Positions 9,817-18,895 of a stretch of 64,000 nt of DNA are shown here, in pieces. The notes below the pieces were generated by a model. That model was not told the origin of the DNA. It searched no databases and saw only the letters and a list, made by a program, of their open reading frames with translations. How positions within the stretch are numbered: the first letter of the stretch is position 1; each line of letters begins with the position of its first letter. This DNA comes from a bacterium (GTDB lineage: Bacteria; UBA8248), in contig CBDBZU010000004.1 in the NCBI GenBank assembly GCA_965213625.1, positions 1,280,001 through 1,344,000 on the forward strand. The letters run 5' to 3'. Made by a program: the position numbers and the translations under genes.

Positions 9817-10074
9817 GCTCACCCCGGATGGGCGGACTGAGCGGTCTTTACCGGGCAATTTCACGAGCCCACAGGCGGGGAGGCTCTAAATCACCCTGGA
9901 ACTACTATCAAGCCTAGGAAAGATAGGTGTTCTTGTCAAATGGAAAAAATTGGGTTTTTCAAGAGATTCAACCCCTTATACTTGAACTTCACGGCTTATC
10001 GGCACGTCCGCCTTGAGGGGCGCGCGCCACTGGGGGATAATCGGAGAAGTGTTCATCTCGATGAGGAGAAATCG

Positions 10075-10917
10075 ATGGCAGGCAAGCTGATGTCCCTCAC
10101 GCAAGCGGCGGCCCTCGTGCAGGATGGGGATATGCTCGCCATGGGCGGAAACTCGCTCACGAGAATTCCCGCCGCCTACGTCCGCGAAATCGCCCGCCAA
10201 GGGCGGGAAAGTTTGCGTCTCGTGAAGACGGCCGGCGCCTACGACGTCGATTTGCTATGCGCGGCGGGGGCCGTGACGCAGACGCAGACGGGCTACGTGG
10301 GTTTCGAGAACCTCTTCGGCCTGGCGCCCTCCTACCGCCGCAGCGTGGAGGAAGGCCGTGTGCAAGCGGTCGAACACGCCTGCTCCACGGTCATCGCAGG
10401 TCTCAGGGCCTCCGCGTATGGTCTTCCGAGCCAGCCCGTGGCGGGTCTGGACGGGAGCGACGTGGCGGCGATTACGGGTTTCCGGCAGGTGAAAGACCCC
10501 TACACGGGCGAGTCGACCTACATGGTTCCCCGGATCAGGCCCCGGTTCGCCGTACTCCACGTGACGTACGCAGATTCCGAGGGAAACGCGCGGATAGATG
10601 GCGGCGCGTTCGAGGACGTGCTGATGTCCCGTGCGGCCGAGTCGGTGATTCTCACGGCGGAGCGCATCGAGGAGACTGCGTTTTTCGTCGAAAAACCAGA
10701 CAGAACGGCGGTTCCCGCCTTCATGGTGCAGGCGGTCGTGCACGCGCCGGGAGGCGCGCGGCCCGGGGGATGCCATCCGTTCTACGATATCGACGAGGAC
10801 GCCGTGGGCGCGTATCTCGATTCGGCATCCGGTGTGGAATCCCTGCGCGCTCATCTGGATTCATGGGAGGAGCGCGACCATGCGGGCAGCGCGGCGGCCT
10901 CGGGGAGCGTTGCATGA
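10075..10917 (+). CDS. Family I CoA-transferase subunit A (GctA/CatI/IpdA-like)
   Basis: VQDGDMLAMGG, GLRASAYGLP, DPYTGE, AVLHVTYADSEGNA, VVHAPGGARP; RBS GAGGAG. Confidence 0.85.
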   Translation: MAGKLMSLTQAAALVQDGDMLAMGGNSLTRIPAAYVREIARQGRESLRLVKTAGAYDVDLLCAAGAVTQTQTGYVGFENLFGLAPSYRRSVEEGRVQAVEHACSTVIAGLRASAYGLPSQPVAGLDGSDVAAITGFRQVKDPYTGESTYMVPRIRPRFAVLHVTYADSEGNARIDGGAFEDVLMSRAAESVILTAERIEETAFFVEKPDRTAVPAFMVQAVVHAPGGARPGGCHPFYDIDEDAVGAYLDSASGVESLRAHLDSWEERDHAGSAAASGSVA

Positions 10918-11666
10918 GCGTCGCCTTGCGCGAAGGCGTGTCCGAAGAAGTACGTGCCGCCGCGGACAGGATGGCGGTTTTCCTTTCGAGGTTCATTCGC
11001 GATGGGGAACTCGTGTTCCACGGGGTGGCCTCGCCGCTGCCGATGGCGGCGATCGTCATGGCGCGGAATACCCATGCGCCGAACCTGACCTATCTGAACA
11101 TTCCAGGCGGCGTGGACCCCCGGCCTTCCTATCTTCCCGGTTCCACGGTTGCAAGACAGCTCATGGAGGGGGCGCTTTCGTATTTCACCCTCACGGAAAT
11201 TTTCGATCTCTCCGCACGCGGCAAGCTCGACCTGGCGTTTCTGGGCGGCGCGCAAATCGACGCGCACGGTGACATGAACCTCTCCTTCATCGGGGACCCG
11301 GCGGCGCCCAAGGTGCGCCTTCCGGGCGGCGCGGGCAGCGCGCATATTCTGCCCACGGCGGTGCGCACCGTGCTCTGGCGGACGGTTCACGACGCGAGGA
11401 GCTTTCCTGAGCGTTGCGACTTCATAACCGCATCGGGCAACGTGGAAGCGGTAGTGACCCCTCTTTGCATTTTTGAAAAGGTGGATGGTCGCCTGAGAGT
11501 CAAGTCGATTCACCAGGGGGTGACGGCGGACGTATTGCGCGCCGCCACGGGGTTCGACCTGGGCGATCTGGAATCTCTGCCCACCACACCTGAACCTACG
11601 GATGCCGAACGCGCCGCACTCGCCGCCGCAGACCCCGAAGGTGTTCGCCTGCGCGAATTCATCTGA
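10914..11666 (+). CDS. Family I CoA-transferase subunit B (GctB/CatJ-like), catalytic Glu apparently absent
   Basis: AFLGGAQIDAHGDMN, RLPGGAGS, FPERCDFITA, ATGFDL; ATGA overlap with subunit A. Confidence 0.85.
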   Translation: MSVALREGVSEEVRAAADRMAVFLSRFIRDGELVFHGVASPLPMAAIVMARNTHAPNLTYLNIPGGVDPRPSYLPGSTVARQLMEGALSYFTLTEIFDLSARGKLDLAFLGGAQIDAHGDMNLSFIGDPAAPKVRLPGGAGSAHILPTAVRTVLWRTVHDARSFPERCDFITASGNVEAVVTPLCIFEKVDGRLRVKSIHQGVTADVLRAATGFDLGDLESLPTTPEPTDAERAALAAADPEGVRLREFI

Positions 11667-11683
11667 AGCGGAAATCTCCTTTC

Positions 11684-12619
11684 ATGACGCAGAAAAAATT
11701 CGACGCCGTGGGAATCGGCCTGAACTCGGCCGATCAGTTCTGCGTGGTGCGTGGATACCCGAAAGTGAACACCAAGAGCGGGGTTCTGGAGACGGTGCGT
11801 GCGGGCGGCGGTCAGGCGGCGACGGCCATGGCGGCGCTGGCGCGCCTGGGCATGCGCACGGCCTATATCGGCGCGGTGGGCGACGACGAGGCGGGCGCGT
11901 TTTCTCTTGCGAGTCTGGAGGCCGAGGGCGTGAACGTGGAAGGCGTCGTTACGCAGAAAGGACGCGCGAGCCAGTTCGCCCTCATCATCGTGCAGCAGGA
12001 AGGCGACGGGGAGGAGAAAGGCTCGCGGACGATTCTGTGGCGGCGCGAGGTCTCCCTGGCTCCTGAAGACGTGCGCGAGGATATCGTTCGCGCGGGCAGC
12101 ACGCTGCATCTCGATGGCCATCACGTCGAGGCGGAAATCGCAGCCGCCCGGTGGGCGTGCGAGGAGGGCGCGCCCGTGTTTCTGGATGCCGAGCGTGCGC
12201 CCGAGGGCATCGAGGATCTCATCGGACTCACGGATTACCTGATCGCGGCGGAGGATTTTCCCGCTCTGCTCACCGGCGTTTCCGATCACCGCGATGCTTT
12301 GCGCCTGCTTCACGCGATGGGGCCCAAGGTGGCGGGCGTCACCCTGGGCGCGCGTGGCGCGCTCGCATACGACGGGGCGCGGTTTTATGAATCACCCGGC
12401 TTTCAGGTGGACGTTCTCGACACCACGGGCGCGGGCGATGCGTTTCATGGCGCGTTCTTGTACGGCGTATTGCGAAAGATGGGCCTTGAGGATACGTTGC
12501 GCTTCGCAAACGCGGTCGCCGCGATGAACTGCACCGCCCTCGGAGGAAGGGCCGCACTTCCTCGGCTGAGCGAGGTGGAAGCATTTCTGCAGGCGAATTC
12601 ACCACGGGAAAACCCATGA
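11684..12619 (+). CDS. PfkB-family carbohydrate kinase
   Basis: GGGQAATA..ALARLG, VGDD, DTTGAGDAFHG. Confidence 0.9.
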   Translation: MTQKKFDAVGIGLNSADQFCVVRGYPKVNTKSGVLETVRAGGGQAATAMAALARLGMRTAYIGAVGDDEAGAFSLASLEAEGVNVEGVVTQKGRASQFALIIVQQEGDGEEKGSRTILWRREVSLAPEDVREDIVRAGSTLHLDGHHVEAEIAAARWACEEGAPVFLDAERAPEGIEDLIGLTDYLIAAEDFPALLTGVSDHRDALRLLHAMGPKVAGVTLGARGALAYDGARFYESPGFQVDVLDTTGAGDAFHGAFLYGVLRKMGLEDTLRFANAVAAMNCTALGGRAALPRLSEVEAFLQANSPRENP

Positions 12620-13845
12620 AGCGCATATCCAAAAATACTTGCTCCGCTCTCACGTCGATTTGTCTCTCCTTGATTCTGGGCGGTTGCGATCTCCTGCCCG
12701 AGCTCGGCCCGCCGGAAGAATCCGTCTCGGGCACCATTCGGATGAGCGGGAAGCTGCCCGTAAAGGCATGGCGCACGCGCACGCTCTTCATCATCCTGGA
12801 GCGCGAGGGAGGCGGTCCGCCGCTGGCCGTGCAGCGCCTGGTGGAGACGCGGTTTCCTTACCAATACGTAATCACGAAAGACGACATGATGATTCGCGGG
12901 CGGAAATTCTCAGGCCGCGTCCGCGTGCGCGCCCGCCTGGATTCGGACGGCGTTCCGGGGCCGCTGGTCCAGGGCGATTACGAGGGGCGGGCCTCAGGCC
13001 TGGTTGCCGTGGGCGCGAAGAACGTAGACGTGGTGATCGATCGAATCGGCACGGCTCCTCCCCCGAAAGTGGTGAAAAAATCTCCCCGAAAACCCGCTCC
13101 ACCTCCAAAGGCAGCGCCACCGGCGGGAGTAGGGAAAACGATTCGCGGCGTGGTTCGCGTCGCCCCCAAACTTAAGGAAAAGGCGAAGGGTAAGGCGGCG
13201 ATTTTCATCATCGCGCGCGGGAAGCAACCCGGCCCGCCCCTGGCGGTCATGCGGATTCTGAGTCCCACCTTTCCCCTCGAATTCACGATGAGCGAGCAAA
13301 ACGTGATGCTCCAGGGGGCGGCGTTCGCAGGCGAGGTCAGCCTCATCGCCAAACTCGATGGGGACGGAAAGGTCGGGACGCAGCCGGGCGATATTTTCGG
13401 CGGCGCTCGCGGGCCGGTCCAGGTGGGTGCGCAAGGCGTGGAGATCGTTCTCTCACAAGAGGCAAAAGGCGCAGCCGCGTCACAGCCCGCACAGAAGCAA
13501 GAGGCGGGAGAGGTGATTTCGGGCACAATCGAGGTTGTCCCTGCGTTACGGACAATGGCCGAAGGAAAGCCCGTCTTGTTCCTGATCGCGCGCAAGGGCG
13601 GAGGAGGTCCCCCGCTGGCTGTCGTGCGGGTGGCGAACCCCCGATTCCCCCTCAAGTTCGAGATATCGAAACGAAACGTGATGATCCCCGGCGTGCCGTT
13701 CGAGGGAATGGTTTCGCTCTCGGCGCGCCTCGACGCGGACGGCTCGGCGGGACCCGCTGGTGCAGGCGATCTCGAGGGCCGTACGGCGCGCCCCGTTCGG
13801 GTGGGGGAGAAGAACGTGCGCATCGTGATCGACAAGGCGTTTTAA
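12616..13845 (+). CDS. Lipoprotein with three tandem beta-rich domains resembling the CycH/CcmI C-terminal domain
   Basis: Signal peptide with lipobox LGGC; three copies of LFII.R..GPPLAV.R....FP..F......M..G..F.G.V...ARLD.DG separated by Pro/Ala/Lys linkers. Confidence 0.7.
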   Translation: MKRISKNTCSALTSICLSLILGGCDLLPELGPPEESVSGTIRMSGKLPVKAWRTRTLFIILEREGGGPPLAVQRLVETRFPYQYVITKDDMMIRGRKFSGRVRVRARLDSDGVPGPLVQGDYEGRASGLVAVGAKNVDVVIDRIGTAPPPKVVKKSPRKPAPPPKAAPPAGVGKTIRGVVRVAPKLKEKAKGKAAIFIIARGKQPGPPLAVMRILSPTFPLEFTMSEQNVMLQGAAFAGEVSLIAKLDGDGKVGTQPGDIFGGARGPVQVGAQGVEIVLSQEAKGAAASQPAQKQEAGEVISGTIEVVPALRTMAEGKPVLFLIARKGGGGPPLAVVRVANPRFPLKFEISKRNVMIPGVPFEGMVSLSARLDADGSAGPAGAGDLEGRTARPVRVGEKNVRIVIDKAF

Positions 13846-14041
13846 AACGGCGCGGCCGGAACGCAGACGCTGACCGGCATGCGCGTCGTCTCGATTGCGC
13901 TGCGCAACAATCGAGTCATGACCCCGCGCTCTGGCGCGGCGGCGGCAAAGTGTGCATAATCGGCCCTCGAAAAATCCAAGAATCTATTTCTGAGCGAAAT
14001 TAGGTTTATCCTCATTCACGTACCGATAAGGAGAAGTCCAG

Positions 14042-15058
14042 GTGATCATCGACCCTCATGCCCACATCGCTCCCGAGAGTTTCATCGAAGACGTACGCCA
14101 GGGCCGTTTCGGCGACGCCGTCACCATCGAAGCGGGCGACCCGTGGGAACTGCTCGTCACGAAAAACACCGTTCTCGGCGAGGAGCGGATTCACAAGAAC
14201 CCGTTGCCGAAAGAAACCTATGACGTCGAGATGCGCCTGAGCGACATGGACAACAACCAGAACGTGGACATACAGATACTCTCCGTCGTTCCGCCGATGA
14301 CGCACTACGCGCTCGACGCAGGCCTGAACAGGGAACTCTCCGTATCGCTGAACGATGCGCTGACCGCGCTCACGAAAGAACACCCCGAGCGCTTCCTGTG
14401 CATGGCGCAGATTCCGCTCCAGGACCCCGAAGCCGCGGCGGCCGAACTCGACCGCGCGGTGAAAAACGGCCACCTGGGTTGTCAGATCGGCTCGAACATC
14501 GCGGGGAAAAACCTGGACGACCCCGCACTCGACGTCGTCTGGGCCAAGGCCTGCGAGCACGACGTGCCGATCTTCATCCATCCGGTGGACGTCATGGGCA
14601 TCAATGACAGGCTCAAGGACTATTACCTGAGAAACTTCATCGGCAACCCGCTTGACACGACGATATCCATCGCCTGCCTTATCTTCGGCGGCGTGTTCGA
14701 CCGCTTCCCGAACATCAAGTTCCTGGTCTCGCACGTGGGCGGCTTCGTGCCCTGGATCCGGGGCCGCTGGCAGCACGGCTACGGCGAGCGCAGAGAGCCC
14801 AAGGTGCACGGAGCGAAAGATCCCGAACAGTATTTCGGCAAAATTTACTACGACACCATCATCCACAACGCGGATTCGTTCGAGTTCGCCGTGAAAACGC
14901 TCGGCGTGGACAAGATTCTCTACGGCACGGACTATCCCTTCGACATGGGCTATCTGGCCGGGGCGAAGGAGATTCCCGGGCTTTCGCGCTTCTCGGCGGA
15001 TGAGCAGGAACAGATGCTCTACGGGAACGTGAAGAAACTCTACAAGCTGGACGTGTAG
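14042..15058 (+). CDS. Amidohydrolase_2 family (ACMSD-like decarboxylase/hydratase), paralog 1
   Basis: IDPHAH, PIFIHP, SHVGG, YGTDYPF. Confidence 0.88.
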   Translation: MIIDPHAHIAPESFIEDVRQGRFGDAVTIEAGDPWELLVTKNTVLGEERIHKNPLPKETYDVEMRLSDMDNNQNVDIQILSVVPPMTHYALDAGLNRELSVSLNDALTALTKEHPERFLCMAQIPLQDPEAAAAELDRAVKNGHLGCQIGSNIAGKNLDDPALDVVWAKACEHDVPIFIHPVDVMGINDRLKDYYLRNFIGNPLDTTISIACLIFGGVFDRFPNIKFLVSHVGGFVPWIRGRWQHGYGERREPKVHGAKDPEQYFGKIYYDTIIHNADSFEFAVKTLGVDKILYGTDYPFDMGYLAGAKEIPGLSRFSADEQEQMLYGNVKKLYKLDV

Positions 15059-15142
15059 AACCAGCGACGGAGAATACGACTCGACACACTTGCGGTGAGG
15101 GGTCCCCGGAAGGGCCTCCTCCCTTCATAGATAGAGAAAAAG

Positions 15143-16159
15143 ATGACGGCGATCGATCCACATACCCATATCTATCCCGGGCAGTTCATTGCGGACGTGC
15201 GCGCAGGCCGCTTCGGCCGCACGGCGTCGATTGAGACCGACGAACACGGCGAGTGGCTCATCACGCGCGGAAAGGTCTTGGGGCGCGATTCGGAACTCAG
15301 GAACAAGCTCACGCCCCTTTATTATGAACTCGAGCCGCGCTTCGCCGACATGGAGCGGATGGGCGTCGCGCATCAGGTGCTCTCCATCGGCCCCGCCATG
15401 ACGCTCTACACACTGGAGGCGGAGGCGAACAAGGAGTTGGCCGCCTCGCTGAACGACGGCCTGAGCGCGCTGGCGAGGGAGTACCCCGATAAGTTCTCCT
15501 GCATGGCCACGGCGCCCCTCCAGGACCCGGAAGCGGCGGCGGCGGAACTCGAGCGGGCGGGCGCGAACGGTCACCTCGGCGTGATGATCGCCTCGAACGT
15601 GGCGGGGAGGAATCTCGACGATCCGGGGCTGGACGTATTCTGGGCCAAGGCCCAAGCGCTGGATATGCCCGTGTTCGTGCACCCCACGAACGTGCTGGGC
15701 GGCGGTGATCGTCTCCAGGATTTCTACTTGAGAAACTTCATCGGAAACCCGCTCGATACCACCATAGCGGTGGCGTGCCTCATCTTCGGCGGCGTGATGG
15801 ACAGGTTCCCGGAACTGAAATTCTATCTTTCCCACGTGGGCGGTTTCACGCCCTGGATCAGAGGCCGCTGGCAGCACGGCTACGGCGAGCGCAGGGAACC
15901 CAAGGTGCACGGAGCGAAGGACCCCGAGGAGTATTTCGGTCGTTTCTACTACGACACCATCATCCACAACGCGGATTGCTTCGAATTCGCTGCGAAGACG
16001 CTGGGTGCGGAGCGGATTCTCTACGGCACGGATTATCCGGCGGACATGGGCTATCACCAGCCCGCGCGGGATATTCCGGGTCTGAACCGCCTTTCGGAAG
16101 CGGAGCAGGAGATGATTCTCACGACCAATGCCAGACGTGTCTACGGACTTAATATATAG
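15143..16159 (+). CDS. Amidohydrolase_2 family (ACMSD-like), paralog 2
   Basis: IDPHTH, PVFVHP, SHVGG, YGTDYP; same length (338 aa) as, and similar to, the upstream gene. Confidence 0.88.
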   Translation: MTAIDPHTHIYPGQFIADVRAGRFGRTASIETDEHGEWLITRGKVLGRDSELRNKLTPLYYELEPRFADMERMGVAHQVLSIGPAMTLYTLEAEANKELAASLNDGLSALAREYPDKFSCMATAPLQDPEAAAAELERAGANGHLGVMIASNVAGRNLDDPGLDVFWAKAQALDMPVFVHPTNVLGGGDRLQDFYLRNFIGNPLDTTIAVACLIFGGVMDRFPELKFYLSHVGGFTPWIRGRWQHGYGERREPKVHGAKDPEEYFGRFYYDTIIHNADCFEFAAKTLGAERILYGTDYPADMGYHQPARDIPGLNRLSEAEQEMILTTNARRVYGLNI

Positions 16160-16163
16160 GGAC

Positions 16164-16191
16164 TGGACAAAGCGTCTTTGCGGTGTAAAAT
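16164..16191 (+). promoter_or_regulatory. Candidate sigma70 promoter for the nitrile-hydratase-like pair
   Basis: TGGACA-16 bp-TAAAAT. Confidence 0.4.
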
Positions 16192-16242
16192 TCAGATAAG
16201 TATTTCAGATCAAGTCGATTCAACTGCATAGGGGAAGTTCCG

Positions 16243-16530
16243 ATGGAGGAAACCACCTTCCGCGTGGGCGACAGGGTGCGCATCAAGGAGATGTACCCCG
16301 ACGGCCACCACCGGACGACGTATTTCGTGAAGGGTAAGACGGGCGTCGTCAACCGTTATTTCGGCAAATACAAAAACCCGGAAAACCTCGCCTACGGCGG
16401 CGACGGCCTGCCGCTCAGGGAACTCTACTGGGTGGAGTTCGAAATCAACGATCTCTGGGATCACGAGGCGGGGAAAAAACAGGACAAACTCTATATCGAG
16501 ATTTATGAACATTGGCTGGAGCCGGTCTAG
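16243..16530 (+). CDS. Stand-alone SH3-like domain of nitrile hydratase beta subunit (thiocyanate hydrolase alpha/ScnA-like)
   Basis: FRVGDRVRI, GHHRT..FVKGKTG, PENLAYG, LYWVEF...LW, D.LYIEIYEHWLEP. Confidence 0.85.
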   Translation: MEETTFRVGDRVRIKEMYPDGHHRTTYFVKGKTGVVNRYFGKYKNPENLAYGGDGLPLRELYWVEFEINDLWDHEAGKKQDKLYIEIYEHWLEPV

Positions 16531-16568
16531 GCGAATCCACCGGCTCCCCCGTGAGCGAGGAGCACACC

Positions 16569-17333
16569 ATGGCGCACTCACACGATCACCACAACGGCGG
16601 ACATGTTCACCACCACGGCGACCATCCCCACACGTACAGCCAGGACCCCGGGGCGCACAACGCGCGTATGCAGTCCGACGACGCCTACCGCGAAGGAGCC
16701 GTGACCCAGGTCGAACACGATCTGGACTACTACCAGGTGCGGATGATGGCGCTGATGAACGTCCTCAGAGAGAAGGGCCTTCTCACGACCGACGAGATGA
16801 GGCGCGCGGTGGAGGAGATTTACGGCCAGAGCCCCGCCATCGGTTCGCGCATCATCGCGCGCGCCTGGGTGGATGAGGGCTTCAAGGAAAGGCTCCTCAC
16901 GGACGCGGACGCCGCCTGCGGCGAAATGGGGGTTGACACCACGGGCATCAACCGCGTGGTGGCCCTCGAGAATACCGACACGACCCGCTACATGGTGGTG
17001 TGCACGCTGTGTTCGTGCTACCCGAGGCAAATCCTCGGTCAGCCCCCCACCTGGTACAAGAGTTTCCCCTATCGCTCGAAGGCCGTGTCGGACCCGAGGG
17101 GAACCTTGAAGGACATGGGCTTCGATGCGCCCGATGACGTGGAGCTCATCGTCATCGACTCGAATGCGGATTGCCGCTATCTCATCATCCCCCAGCGTCC
17201 GGCGGGAACCGAGGACTGGAACGAAGCGCAACTCTTCCAGCTCGTGACGCGCGATTCGATGATCGGCGTGGGCGATCCCCTGACGCCGGAGCAACTCGAA
17301 GAAGCGATGCAGGCGTCGGAGCAGGCCACCTGA
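16569..17333 (+). CDS. Cobalt-type nitrile hydratase alpha / thiocyanate hydrolase gamma-like subunit
   Basis: Metal-binding VCTLCSCYP, ARAWVD..FK.RLL, VTRDSMIG; His-rich N-terminus. Confidence 0.9.
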   Translation: MAHSHDHHNGGHVHHHGDHPHTYSQDPGAHNARMQSDDAYREGAVTQVEHDLDYYQVRMMALMNVLREKGLLTTDEMRRAVEEIYGQSPAIGSRIIARAWVDEGFKERLLTDADAACGEMGVDTTGINRVVALENTDTTRYMVVCTLCSCYPRQILGQPPTWYKSFPYRSKAVSDPRGTLKDMGFDAPDDVELIVIDSNADCRYLIIPQRPAGTEDWNEAQLFQLVTRDSMIGVGDPLTPEQLEEAMQASEQAT

Positions 17334-17354
17334 TCTTAGTTTCGATCTTTACAT

Positions 17355-17387
17355 GCGGCGGGGGCGGAAACCCCCGCCGCTTTTTTT
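17355..17387 (+). terminator. Intrinsic terminator
   Basis: GCGGCGGGGG-cggaaa-CCCCCGCCGC followed by TTTTTTT. Confidence 0.9.
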
Positions 17388-17401
17388 CGGGATGAGAAAG
17401 A

Positions 17402-18895
17402 ATGCCGACGCCCCGCGTAATAGCGATTCAGTTCGATGGTCTTCGCGCGGACGCCCTGAGTGCGGAGAGAACACCGAATCTCCTCGCCGCGGCGGAGCGA
17501 GGCGCGTGGTTCCAGAATCACCGCAGCACGTTTCCCACCTCGACGAGGGTTTGCGTATCGAGCCTCGCCACCGGCGTCTATCCCCGAATGCACGGCCTGC
17601 CGGGGAATTCACTCTTCTCACCCGAGTTGGGCGAATCCATCACCACGGGCCGCTACGAGCACCTCCTCGCCTGGGAGCGGGCCATGGGCGGGCGTCTGCT
17701 CTTGCAGGACACCTTTTTCGAGCGGGCGGGAGGCGGCGTCATCATCAGCGCCGCGTCGAGCGGCTCGGCCTGGATCTGGAACGCGGGACGGCCTGCGTGC
17801 CTGATTCATCCAGAGGCGACGCATCCCGCTGAAGATATTGGAAGAATCGAGGAGACGGGAAAAATCCCCGCGGCAGGGGAACCGGATCTTGCGCGCTGCG
17901 CGTGGGCGCTCGACGTGACGCTCGATTACGTGATCCCCGAACTCGAACCCGCCGTGCTCGTGGTACATCTGAGTGAGCCGGACAGCACGCAACACTACCG
18001 GGGCGCCGCAGGTGCAGTCCATCGTCAGGCGCTCGAAGGGGTGGATCGACTGTTCGGCGCGTTCTGGGAAAGGTTTCGAGCGGCACACGATGATTGGGCG
18101 CAGACGAACCTTCTCCTGTTCTCCGACCACGGCGTCGTTGCGACGGCGGGCATGATCGACCTGGAAGCGGAACTCAATGATATCCCGGGTCGCGGGGAGA
18201 GGTGGGAGGTGGCGCACAGCGAGGGCGCGGCGCTTTTCTATGCGCAGTCGGAAAAAACACTTTTGGAGCTTTTAGAGCTTTTGCGGACGAAAGACTGGGC
18301 GGGGCCGCTCTTTTCAAAAGACGGGGATGGCGCCGAGGGAAGTTTGCCGGGAACGATGTCCTTGAGCCTGGCGGGTTGCGGCGGACCACGCGCGCCCGAT
18401 TTGCTCATGGGCTTTCAGTGGGGCGATGGATTCTTGCAGGGCGCACAAAGCGCGGGCGCGCTCCCCGGCTGGGGGTATTCATCGGTCAACAACAAGGGAA
18501 GCGGGGGAACGCACGGCTCGTGCAGCCCGTATGAGTTAGGCAATTTCCTGATTGCGCAAGGCCCCGCTTTTCCGGCGGGTGTGCGGGTGGATGCGCCGAC
18601 GGGAAACATCGACCTGGCCCCCACCATACTTTCCTTAGCTGGGCAGGAGACGCCCGGCGGTCTCGATGGGGAGACGCTTACGAACGCTTCCAGAGCGAGA
18701 GGAGAAAAGCGGGTCTACCGGGTGGAGTCCAAAGATTTCGCGCAGACGCTCTCGCGCACGGAGGTGAACGGGCGGTTTTATCTCAATTACGCAAGGTTGG
18801 AGAAAGGGCAATTTTTCTTCGATGGTGGGCTAGGGCACACCGTGCGCTCGCCTAACGCTCGGCGTCCGTATACGCGGCGCGTTCCTCGTCCTTGA
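17402..18895 (+). CDS. Alkaline phosphatase superfamily, nucleotide pyrophosphatase/phosphodiesterase-like
   Basis: FDGLR, FPTSTRV, TG.YP..HG, EPDSTQH, SDHG, GTHG, NIDLAPTIL. Confidence 0.83.
   Translation: MPTPRVIAIQFDGLRADALSAERTPNLLAAAERGAWFQNHRSTFPTSTRVCVSSLATGVYPRMHGLPGNSLFSPELGESITTGRYEHLLAWERAMGGRLLLQDTFFERAGGGVIISAASSGSAWIWNAGRPACLIHPEATHPAEDIGRIEETGKIPAAGEPDLARCAWALDVTLDYVIPELEPAVLVVHLSEPDSTQHYRGAAGAVHRQALEGVDRLFGAFWERFRAAHDDWAQTNLLLFSDHGVVATAGMIDLEAELNDIPGRGERWEVAHSEGAALFYAQSEKTLLELLELLRTKDWAGPLFSKDGDGAEGSLPGTMSLSLAGCGGPRAPDLLMGFQWGDGFLQGAQSAGALPGWGYSSVNNKGSGGTHGSCSPYELGNFLIAQGPAFPAGVRVDAPTGNIDLAPTILSLAGQETPGGLDGETLTNASRARGEKRVYRVESKDFAQTLSRTEVNGRFYLNYARLEKGQFFFDGGLGHTVRSPNARRPYTRRVPRP

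Noticed and set aside
18810-18895. Convergent 44-bp overlap of the phosphodiesterase tail with the selenoprotein gene
   Set aside because: Probably a simple C-terminal run-on; no evidence of function.
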